A program made the position numbers and the translations under genes. Under the pieces are notes generated by a model. It was not told where the DNA came from. It did not search any database and saw only the letters and a program-made list of their open reading frames with translations. A stretch of DNA of 33,633 bases from Choristocarpus tenellus KU-1152 (Eukaryota; Protista; Phaeophyceae), in assembly GCA_964200185.2 (NCBI GenBank), contig CAXNAD020000060.1, positions 1-33,633 on the forward strand, given 5' to 3'. Shown here piece after piece: positions 13,201 to 31,026 of this stretch. Position 1 is the first letter of the stretch, and every line of letters begins with the position of its first letter.

Positions 13201-16200
13201 CTTCATCTCACCAATTTTTGGTTCTTTTGGTTCAATTATTACACAAGGGAGTAAGTAGCCCACTTGAGTATTTTTAATTGTGCATACATTAGTGTGATCT
13301 CTTAAAGCAGGGAAATGATTAGATTGAACTTTGGCAGTCAAAAAAATGAACAAAAAATACTTCTGTTGTGTATATATATATATCACTAATAACGTTTGTT
13401 GGACATGGACTGGCAAGACATTCAAGGTGTGTTTATTTTGTGATGTATACAATTATCAAACAGCTTCCCTTGTAGTGACAGCTGCCCCTGGCTTGTTCTA
13501 ATTTGTAGGTGCTAGGTCCTGAGACTCCAAACTGAATTGGCATCCATTGCACTGCATCTTTAGATATTTTTGCTGCCCCCTATCGATTTGGTACTTGATT
13601 GATGTGTTACTGTTCTGCCTTTATTATCAGGATCCAGCCAATGCTGTGTATGTCATCTCAGGCCGAAGAAAAAGTGAACTGCAGGATTGGCTTGGTGGTG
13701 TTCCACGGTGAGTCCAAAATTCACTCATTTTGGGAATCCTGCCAGAAGTATGTGTGATTGCTGTTTTGAGCAGCATCTTTAATTATGTTTATGTGCTCAT
13801 GAGAACAACATGGAAATCATTCTTATCTTCTCTGTTTATAACCTGGAAATACACTGACGTTGACAGGTTGGGTTTGATAGCGGAACATGGTTTCTGGGTG
13901 AAACCAGCAGCCGCACATCGGATCTCAAGGGAGAGGGCCAACACAGGGTGGGAGGATACACCGCTACTAGATACTTTCAAGGATGGTGATGAAACTGAGG
14001 CCGGTGTTCATGACCCACTTGTAAAATGTGACAGTGATGCTGCAGTTGAGTCATCAAGGGTGGACACCACTGATGGACAGGGTACCCCCATGGGACGATC
14101 TCGTGACAGTTCAAGTATTTATGGCCCGCGTAAGCCGCGACCAAGTATCCTACTTGACGTAGGCTCATCCCGTGGAAGCTCACCAAGACATGGTGGCCAG
14201 GTGGTGGCTGAAGGAAGATGCGGTGAAGATTGGGGGTCAGAGTGGATCCGGCGCAGCCACAATGCTGACCTCAGCTGGAGGGGGGAGGTGCTTTCCATTT
14301 TGCAGAATTTTACCGACAGGACCCCTGGCTCATTCCTTGAACTCAAGGACAGGTGAAAATAGAGATAGTGTTTCCCACCCCCTTGCCCTCTTTTCTCATT
14401 CATTGGTCACAAAATTGGTCCTGACTGTCTGAGGCTGTTTGCAAAGCATAATGTATGGGGCATGAAGCGGACATTGACAACAGCTGTCTGAGATAGAACA
14501 AAAGAGAGAACAAAAGATTTGTTGGAAAGGTGAAATGATAATGTTAGAACTTGCTTCAATTTTTGATGCCCATAATTTGTTGAAGTTACCTGTATAGGTG
14601 TTACAAGTATTTCATACTGGCATGTTGACCAGGCCACCTTGTCAATACTTTTAAAAAACACTTTCTGTAGGATGCCTTGAATGAATGACTGACCTTTTGC
14701 ATCCTTTCACGTTGTCATCATGATGGCAGTGGACTGACATGGCACTTCCAGGATACAGATCCAGATTTTGGTCAAACACAGGCAAAGAACCTTCAGCTCC
14801 ACTTTGAGCAAATGTTGCAGGTGAGGTTTTGTCAACCAGAAATAAATTCTTAACTCTTTGTGGCCATATGATTTAGCAAATAGTAATTAAATTGGTTTTG
14901 TGATAATATGTAGTTGCTAATTCCCTCAGGAAATAAAATCTGTACACATATGTTGCTGAACCATGCTCCGTATTTCTATTAAAGACCATAAAAGTGCTAC
15001 TGCCCACGAGCCATTGTGCTAAACTAGGGGATAAGATTGCAGGAGGCTTTAGTACCTGATGTTAGTATTGATCATTCACATCTTTATCTGTATGTCACAA
15101 TTCTTTTTGGGGGAACTATCAGAGGTGATTATCTTGACTATGGTAGCAAATCAATGTTTCTTTGGATTTTCCAATGTAAACACTTGACTTCAATATCTCC
15201 CAGTCTCTACTGTAAAGCTATTGATAACTAGTAGTGGTAGGTGCAGACTCTCATAATTAAGTCTCTATGGATAAAGCTACTACTTGTAAAGATAGTGCAA
15301 TGCATGCACCCCAAATGCTTCAATCTGTACAAACTATGTGTGATGGGGTGGATGATGGGAAGAGATTGATCTGTATAGTAAGTAATTGCTGTGGATAAAA
15401 TGTGTTTGCCTATGCGATAACTTACGTCTCTCTGTTCATTGTTCGTTGTACAGGGTTTGCAGAAGTGAGAGTGAACATGAACTATAATCTAATCTTCAAA
15501 CTTTGTATTGTTCTCATTCCCACCTTGACACATCTGAATTAGAATGAACCAGTGCGTGTGGTGATGGCACCCATAAGGAAGTACATTGTCATTCAGCCAT
15601 CCAGGATCAACAAAGGAAAGGCACTGTCGACCATCTTGCATGCAAATGAGCGTGATTTTGATCTGATACTTGGAGTTGGGGATGAGCGAACAGATGAAGA
15701 CATGTGAGTTTAGGGTACTCAAATATGGTATGGTAACATACCTACATGAAAACCAGAGTCTCTCAAAAGCACGAGTATTGTGTGATTAATTAGCTAAAGA
15801 ATCACAAATTTTCTCATAGGTAGGAGATGGAGAATCGGTCACTTGTGTACTAAGCTTCCATCTTCCCCATGACAGGTTTGATGTTCTACAGGGAAGCCAG
15901 TGCTTCACTTGTACTGTGGGTAAAAAGATCAGCAAGGCACAATACTACTTGGAGGATGCAGAAGCAGTGGTTGTAATGCTCCAGGTAATTACCTATTTCT
16001 TTCTCTTGGGTTATTCACAAAATAACACTTTTTCTGCCCCAACACTGTAAAAGTATCTTTAGTTTAACATTCAATACAGAACTGATGTTTTGACTCAGAG
16101 AGTGACAATCAAACCTTCACTTGACTTTTTGCAGGGACTTGCACATGTGTCACAGCAGAACCTGGCCAAAGAGAGGGAGAAGAACAATGAACTCTACTCT

Positions 16201-16332
16201 TTGTACTCTACACCACGAGGGACAATGGGTACTCCAACCACCTACATGCACACAGGCTCTCACTTTGCTGGGATGGGTTCATCTCATGTTTCATTACGAG
16301 ATGCAGAAGACCTTTCCTTTGCACAACCTTGA
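4233..16332 (+). CDS. TPS: Bifunctional trehalose-6-phosphate synthase (GT20) / trehalose-6-phosphate phosphatase (HAD) fusion, 21 exons, about 975 aa
   Basis: Hand-spliced exons, all GT-AG and in phase: 4233-4406, 4727-4840, 5007-5068, 5291-5402, 5524-5637, 5864-6035, 6767-6881, 7040-7156, 7450-7534, 7709-7821, 7927-8031, 10750-10878, 11094-11196, 11492-11650, 12076-12207, 13631-13707, 13867-14352, 14730-14820, 15543-15703, 15876-15984, 16135-16332 (2928 nt). GT20 motifs: YYHQFSQGVLWPLFH, VHDY, GFFLHCPFPS, GILGADLV, DRLDLSKG, VTSLREGVNL, SEFAG, LVNPYD. HAD/TPP motifs: FDYDGTL, ISGR, AEHG, NKG, GDERTDEDMF. Exons 1-2 are the least certain. Confidence 0.95.
12050..12067 (+). repeat. Short telomere-like (CTAACC)x3 tract (TTAGGG on the minus strand) at the 3' end of TPS intron 14
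   Basis: Sequence ctaaccctaaccctaacc directly before atctccag, the acceptor ending at 12075. Confidence 0.75.
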
Positions 16333-16533
16333 GTAGTAGTGCACACATCGAAGTTAAATTTTTGGTATGAGGTAGCTAGAGGCCTGTACTGTGAATAGTT
16401 TAGGCTGTAGGTGCCTAAGGCAGGCTCACCTCTTGTTAATCTTTGAGTGAATTGCAACAGCCTTCTGCAATGAAAGTATGCTTGAAGAAAATAATGTTGG
16501 CATGAACAAAAAAGTGGAAAATATAAATAATAT

Positions 16534-23339
<6,806 letters not shown>

Positions 23340-24262
23340 AACTCAGAGATCTCGAAGTTGGGATCTTAAAACAGCTCTCCCAGACAACCTAAAAGCTACC
23401 TGATCGTACACGCAGCAAAGTCACAAAGTTGAAGGCCAAAAAGCAGAAGGGCGTAGAGATCAAACAATAGGATACTCTCTATTATGACCTTTGACACATC
23501 CCTCACAACGTCCGTCTCACACCTTGAAGTGCTCTGCAACCAATTCAACCATCTCCTACATCGGGTTCGTGTCCAGAAATAGCATTATGGAGCAGTTGCC
23601 GTGACTTCAGGGTGAGAAAACAGTTCCTTAGTCGAGATCCAAGGTTTGCTCTTACCTATTTCCACTACTAATAGTAGTCGAGCTACAGGGCGCACTACTG
23701 AGCAGGGTAGTTCCACCAAAATCCAGTTATGAAGTATCATGTGAACACATCAGTTAAGTAATAAAATACCATATTTACAAAAATGCACGAAGAAGCCACA
23801 ATTTCTACCTCATCTGTACCACAGGTTTCCTCTCCTTCCTTCTTCCTCGTAGAATCAGGTCATCCCAGGTGGCTCTTACTATTTTGATCCCCACGATCCT
23901 GCAATAACTGCCATGATATTACTCGAGTTTGCCGAGGTGCCAATCACTATTACTCTGTTACAGATGGTCGACCCTACTCGATATGCCAATGGTGCTCAGC
24001 TGACTGTCACTCGTTTTAGATCTTGCAGTAGTGGGACGAAGGATGAAATTAGTCAGATTTTCCACTCGACTTTTCCTTCTCAGGGTTGGCTGTCGATTGG
24101 GTTTTGATATTTTGGGGCTGACAGGGTAGTAGGCTACCGCCCAGTTTCTCTCGTGATCTACCATCTTTTCACGACTCATAGCAATAGTTGTTACACCTTA
24201 CAATACCAGTTTCCCTCGACTAACCCCTCATGCCCTCCGTCCACAGCCTTGCGTGCTGACCG
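23340..24262. promoter_or_regulatory. Putative divergent promoter region between the Tudor gene (-) and the signal peptidase I gene (+)
   Basis: Head-to-head gene arrangement and locally higher CpG content. No specific motif identified; an undetected 5' exon could lie here. Confidence 0.4.
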
Positions 24263-25992
24263 ATGCTACTGGTATCTCCAACATACGGTCATGTAGGCCA
24301 GTGTTTGAGGGGTCGCTCAATATTGAAGACGGTCCAATCCGGTCTTGTGGGGAGAATTAGTGCCACGGACAGTGGGCACCAAGACACATGGATGGGGAAA
24401 CATGACCGACAAGAGGTGCACTCCTTTGTAAGGAATATTGTGGATGGACTCAAACAGCGCATGGTAGGCGACAAGTTCAGAGAGGCTCGCTCTCTAACGG
24501 CGGCATTGATGATGGTCTGGATACTACGTTTCGCTGCCGTCGACCAGAGAAAGGTGACATGCAATGGATCGTTTTGTCTTAGACACGTTGGTGGGGTCGA
24601 TATGTACAATATGGTAACTTTACATCTAGTCTTCATTTTCCAGTGGCGGCGAGACCTAACTTGTGTTGTCCCCACTCGGATTGCAGATCGCTTCGTCCTC
24701 TATGCAACCCACATTGCAGGTCGGAGACCATGTCCTTATCGACAAGGTGAGTGTACCTCCCATTTCAATCCGTGCTGAACAAGCATGATGTACCTAGATA
24801 CTGACAGGTGCATCGACACTCTTAGGTGGAATGTCGGAATTCATGTTCTCAGAGAGGACTTTCTGTTTTGCTCAGGACATTGAGAAGACAACTCTTTTTG
24901 CATCGTCAGACAACCACAATGTATTACTATTACTTTTTTCTGACCTGGGTGCATATATCTGATAGGTATCTATCATGTGGGGAAAGCTACCCGGCCACTG
25001 TCAATCTTCTACCCTTCGCAGAAATGATATTGTAGTGTTCAAGCCTCCAGAGAGTTGTCGGTAAGATGAAGCAAGTTATTTCGTGGAGGTATGTGCTCTA
25101 AGGGTTGAAGGAGTGGTAGGGGACATAGTGGTACCTATTTTTTTTTGCCTTGAGATTGATATCCCAAATCTGAGTCTAATATGTGGTTTCTGCTCAATTT
25201 AATGTGTATCAGTATCCTTATGTCATTTGTGGTCATCCTTCAGACCTGTATATGATTCCCTGGTCAAGGCTTCCACACTGGATGGCGTTACAAAAGGTGT
25301 GGAGCAAAAGAATTCTGGACACCCAAAGAAGGACAAGCTTATGCTCGATCTCAGCCTGGATTTTACCAAGGTGAAATTCATTGGACTTTTATTTGAACAT
25401 ACTTTTGGCAGATGCATATTGCTAGTTCAAATGTTGGCATAGGGTAGAACAATAGGACGTGACCTTGTGATGAACTATACTATGTACTCAGCAGTTGTCA
25501 TGTGAACGCATGAGTTGAGAGTTGGGAAAACATATCAAGAGGATCAGTTCATCCAGGAATCACAGAATATGCGATGAGTTTGTTGTACATGACAATGTGG
25601 TAATTGTCTGTCCCATGATATGTTTCACAAGTCTTGCCCTGACATTGTCCTCCATGCCACCAACTTATTTTTGTCCCCTGCAGCGTGTAGTAGCAGTGGA
25701 GGGTGACTGTGTAAGGGTGCGCAGTGGGCATCTAGAGGTTAATGAAGGAGTGGAGGGCCGAAGAAGTGTCTGGGCAAAGTTGGAAATTGGTGTACATCAT
25801 GGGACAGGGCCACAAGCTAGCTATGAGTGGGGTCCAATTGTGGTGCCCAAAGGATCAGTTCTTGTGCTTGGGGATAATCGTGATCTCAGTTTTGATTCAC
25901 ACCTATGGGGTCCCCTGCCTATGCAGAATGTGATGGGGCGTGTTGTAATGTGCTTCTGGCCAATAGACCGGATATCTTGGTTTGTGAGATAG
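24263..25992 (+). CDS. Signal peptidase I (peptidase S26; thylakoidal processing peptidase/LepB-like), 5 exons; 5' end uncertain
   Basis: Exons 24263-24553, 24687-24746, 24966-25060, 25244-25370, 25684-25992, in phase. Hydrophobic segment LTAALMMVWILRFAAV, catalytic Ser box IASSSMQPTLQVGD, RNDIVVFKPP, catalytic Lys box FTKRVVAVEGD, and box E VLGDNRDLSFDSHLWGPLP. Confidence 0.9.
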
Positions 25993-28900
25993 GCATTAGA
26001 GAATATTATGAGGATTACATGTAACATACAATTGCCACTTGCAGTATAGTGTGTATTCTTGTTATACAGCAGATTTTATCTCTACATGACCTCATCTCCC
26101 TCATCCTACTTCTATTTCAGCTCCAGCTGTGGTCCATTTTAGGGCCTGGACCTTTGTTTTCTTTTGCTTGTCTTTTGAAGTGTCTTTGTTCCAAATCAAA
26201 GTGGAACTCTTACTCTACCAATAAGTTTATGTGTTAACAAATCTAGGTCAAGTTCAAGGCAACATCTTTTTGGGGAAAGCATGGAGAATAGATGGACTGA
26301 CTCAGAGGTTGGGACTTCTTCCCCAAGAAGAGGTTCTGGTATGAAGAAGTACCATGCCAATGATGTCATCTTGGGTAGCACTGCCTAGGTTAAAAACACA
26401 TCTATGGAAAGGCTGTATAAATTTGTGTGACAGTTATAAAAGTGAAGGAAGCAAGGAGGTTCTGGATTTCCTTCTTAGCTTGATAACCTACATTACTCTT
26501 ACCAAGAGGCTAGATATTAATAGTTGGAACTTTTGGAAGAACATGGTGTATTTCACATATCAAACACAGAATAAATCTAACACGTGTTGAGCGGGTTCTG
26601 CAATCATCTTTTTTTACCCTAAATGATATTGTGGGAGACCTATGGGTTGTGATGATGGATTGTTGGCATGATACGTGCCTCATGTGGAGAACCCCAGCAG
26701 TATTTGAACAAGCAATTGAGAAGTTTGACGTGCCTATGATGCTCTTGTTCTTGAAGTACCAATGGTTGATTGGTACAGGATAACACACAGCTGAAGGGGA
26801 AATGGACTTGAATTTGGCTGGGCGAGGAACTTCAGTTAAATACTGTTGATAGTTAAAGTCGTTGCAGCTACTAATGCACACTCACTAGGATAGCAAGCAT
26901 CCGCTGTACATGACTGCAACAACCAAAAATTTGCTGCTGATGATTTTTTTTTCAAAGAATAAAAATTATTTTGGTCATGAGATAACCCAGGATTTTTTAA
27001 CCTCTCCAATTTTTGACAGAATTGTGCCATGTCAAGATTTTTTTCATTTTTGATCAGTTTGCAAAATTACAAAGAAGGCAACCTTGCCACAAAGGATGAT
27101 CAGGTCTTCATAACCCACTCAAACTGTGCTAGAAATGATTGTGGTATAGTGGATAGAAGGGAGTACAAAATTGGTCAATGAGAAGATGACTTGTTACTAG
27201 AATGTAAAGATTGAGCATGATGGGTTTGATATCGTGTGATAGTGTAAATCATACCCCCATTACTCTGGAATGCAGGGATATACCCCATGTCATTTACTAT
27301 CCTGATCAAGTACTTTCTTGTCCTTGGGTGAGTAATGGTGATTCTCTTTGTGTAAAGATTCTGAATTGGGTTACCCTATACCGTATACCCTAGACAGACC
27401 TGGATGTGTCTATGCCGTACAACCCCTTTCCCTATCTTCCAAAACTTCTTCAACATGCATGGGTAGACAGACAGGTTGGCGGATTATTTAATATTGTGAT
27501 AATCTTCTACACTAATTCGTTGAGAATTTACTGGATTGAGTAAAGGATAACTATGGTGACACCATTGTCTGTATGAGATTTTCTCATATTTATTCCAAAC
27601 CCCCAACCTCTGCAAACAGTGCTACAGTTGTACTAAAAAAGATAAAGCGTGTTTAAGAACAAATGTTTTTCCTCACCCTAATATCATAATACATGGGTGT
27701 AGGCTAACCCAGGCGTGGCAGGGAAGGGTGCAGGTTCATATGATCTCAAATAAGAATTAATGTTTTTTCTCTGCTGCAGAAAACAGAAGCATTTCCAGCA
27801 TGGGCAGAACTTTTTGTCTTGGCACCCTAAAGAGAGTAAAGAGTGATATCACCATTACTATACAAAAAATATACTTTTACACACCTTCCAACCCTACACA
27901 AAACTTGAGAATGCCACCCTGTACATAGCACCCAACTGTGTGTTTGGAACGACCAAGGAAGAGTGTGTTTAGGATGTACTGAAGCTTATGTGCTCTTGTT
28001 CCCACCTTTAAGGAATCTCATTTAATCTAGTTTTTTGGGGGGTTCTAATTAACTCATGGTTCCTTAGTATTCATAAGAATGTGTTTGTTTTACACTCCTT
28101 TGCATCAACAAAAGCGAAGTCAGATATCTTCCCTGCTAACCAATTGTTAACCCATCAGGGGAACCAATTGTTCACGTGTCTCTTGTTGGACTTCTGGAGT
28201 GTCAATTGTCACTTAGATCACCAAGTTCATTAATAACCTTGCCCCAACAACACATCAGGGATATTCTCAACCTGCTTAATCAAGCATTTTACACTGTAAA
28301 CCTGTAACTCCAACCAACTGTTTCAAGATACAGCTTCCATACAAGGTATCTTCACTAGTCATGGTAGAACTCACCATCAGTATCTGATTCAAAACCGCAA
28401 CACCGACTCTCCAACTTCAACCTAACCTCACCTTACCCCCTCACTCCGTACACTTACTTGCTATAGTCACCTCACGTTACTGCTTCCATAACAAGGGAGA
28501 GCTATACAAAACTTTTTGCTATGGTCTGACTCAGGTGCGTTACCCAAAGATCAAATATCCAACAAATAGCGTTGGAGTAGAGGAACTTCGTGGTATTTTT
28601 AAACTTCCATGTGGACTAGAACTTTCTAGGATTGCTGTCAATATTGAAAATAGCAATATATTTCATCCCTCACATCACTACCCAACTAAAAATCCCAGAA
28701 GTGAATTACAAAACAAGATTTGCTTGGCAAGAAAGAGACATCAAATAAATATACACTCAATTCCTGTGTACCTTTCAGTCCAAATAAATACCCATGGATA
28801 TATCTTCTGAGGACCCCTGCTCATTGTGGAACCCATATTGAGCTCTGCAAGACCTATTTACAAGTTGGCTCAACAAGTGGTTGTTATTGTGCATTTCTGA

Positions 28901-29226
28901 TATATTTGCAATTCTGTAGCTTCAATGATTCCTCATTATTGCACCCAAGGGGTATTGCGTTAGACTTGTCACTTCCCAAAAACAATTGCAGAAATTGTGT
29001 GTGTGTAGTTGTAGCATTTTTGTCCATAGTTGGCACACCATGCACAGCCTCTTGTTTTTTTCTATTTTGAGACACCTTGACCGCTTGAATCAAAACATGC
29101 TTAGATTGCCATCATTTTGCTTATGCCACGCCAAATGGCACACACTGTGGACAACCAGTAAAAAAAAATGTCCTTCAAAGGTACATCGCCTGTGCTAGTA
29201 GTCCAAGGAATGCCTAACATGTGTTA

Positions 29227-30858
29227 CTATTTTTTTGCCTCTTCACTCATGTTACCCTCCACAAAGATGTAGACCTCCTCCTTGGGATTGATTTCCTTGT
29301 AGTCAAGAAGAGTAAGTGGATCCAGCATTTGTCTCGATCCAAGGTACAATGTCTGCATAGCATCAATGTTGTGATGGGGGTGGATGCAATAAGTAAACCA
29401 CAAACACGATAACGATACTGACATGCAACATAGTATCAAGGGACATAGATCTTCAGACCAACGCGAAGTCGGTTTTTTGTTCCCAAGATGCCTTGAAGCT
29501 ATTTTTTCTTTCACATACGGCAAATGAAGTAAGGTGGACAGAAACAGTCTTACACATTAAATCAATGTAGTGCGATCAAGAAAATCATTGACAGATACAT
29601 GGAAAGGATGACAAACTTTTCCCAGTTAATAATAATATTGCACCCAGAGGAATTCTCTCATTCATTTGCAGTGCTCATGAAAAATGATGTAGTATTTCTG
29701 ATTGAACCTAAGAGGAATGGCACATTCTCTCTTGTTCTACTCCGGAGTATAAGATACTCTTGATATACCTGTTATACGCACGCGTACCTGCCCAGCCATT
29801 GGAATTCCAAATTCTGACTCGATGTAACTCTTGAGTACCTCCACTGTCTGTCCAAGCTTAAACTAAGAAGGGCGAGGTAGAGGAATAGCAGATTATTATG
29901 ACGATGTAAATTGCTTCATTAGGTTGGCTCCGAACAATGAAGATGTAACCAAGCACGTCAGGGATTTGGGCTGAACAGTTCCTATACATGCCCATGATAT
30001 ATTGTACCAGTCAGGTCTGTGCCATTCATAGAAACCAAGTTTTTGTTACAACAACCCCGCGAAGGGGCATCTACAACAACCGAAGCTAGGTGTAAACGTA
30101 GGATACTCTATAGTGGCATGAAGTAGGATTGATGACACAAGAAACAAATCACATTCAAATGTATTCCACAAGCACCGCAATTCATTAGGTCAATTGCATT
30201 ACAAGTCTATTGGTATTCGAGACTTTGCTATACAAGTTGAAATAATACATGGGCATTGGCAAGGCTCCGAACATCTCACCTCTTGATCAGCCTGACTACC
30301 ATCCGGAAGATCAAATATCACCTGATAAATAAGCCAGCATTGCAAATTGGGGTGTCATTGGAACAATTCGTCTCGTGAAGGAGAGGTGAGCTAAAGCTAC
30401 TCATTGTAACTTGCTTCTTATAGCTTGGCTCATAATGGGCTCATCAACTTCAGCCAACAATTCAAGACGCTTGCCTCACCGTTACAGGGAAGGCTTGCTG
30501 ATTTGTTATGCCACCCTCCACACAAGCTGCACCTTTGGTGACAAGCGTTGTATTGAGTGATAATCCAACCATCGAAGTGTCTTGCTCTTTTCTCTCTGCG
30601 GGACTGGTAGAAAGCTCAATGACCCTTTCATCTTCAACCCACTCCTTGCCTCGTCCTCCTAGCGACAAAGGCAGTGCAAGCCTGTCTATATTACGTTCTT
30701 AAATGGGCTGGGGTTTGAAGGTTACTTACGTGCGACCTAAGAAAAGTCTCATTGGGTCTCTTACGCTTGTTCAGAGTAACTGTTGACCTCAGGATCAGCC
30801 TCTCACCTTTGTTGAATCCTAGTCTGGTGCTTTCTTTGGAGGTGCCCTTTCCTTCCAT
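29227..30858 (-). CDS. Small protein with a C-terminal ubiquitin-like (beta-grasp) domain, 5 exons, about 157 aa; first two exons tentative
   Basis: Minus-strand exons 30858-30807, 30658-30480, 30321-30280, 29862-29788, 29352-29227. Spliced core: FPVTVIFDLPDGSQADQEFKLGQTVEVLKSYIESEFGIPMAGQTLYLGSRQMLDPLTLLDY, which follows the ubiquitin-fold pattern (TV..LK..I....GIP...Q.L...G..L.D..TL.DY). The last three junctions are clean phase-0 GT-AG. Confidence 0.8.
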
Positions 30859-31026
30859 CTCAAGAGGTGCCCCAAGATCTTCCACTTCAATAACAAAATT
30901 GTACCTTCTGAAACGGGCGATGAAACCGTTAGATATCGACTTTGGCTTGTTTCAGTCAGGTAAAGTAATCATGCTGGAGATGTAGAGTGCGTGTGTCATA
31001 TGCACGATCTTCAAGAATCGCCGCAA
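30859..31026. promoter_or_regulatory. Very compact putative bidirectional promoter / 5' UTR region
   Basis: Only 168 bp separate the inferred ATGs of the UBL gene (-) and the EF-hand gene (+); the region is CpG-rich. Confidence 0.5.
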
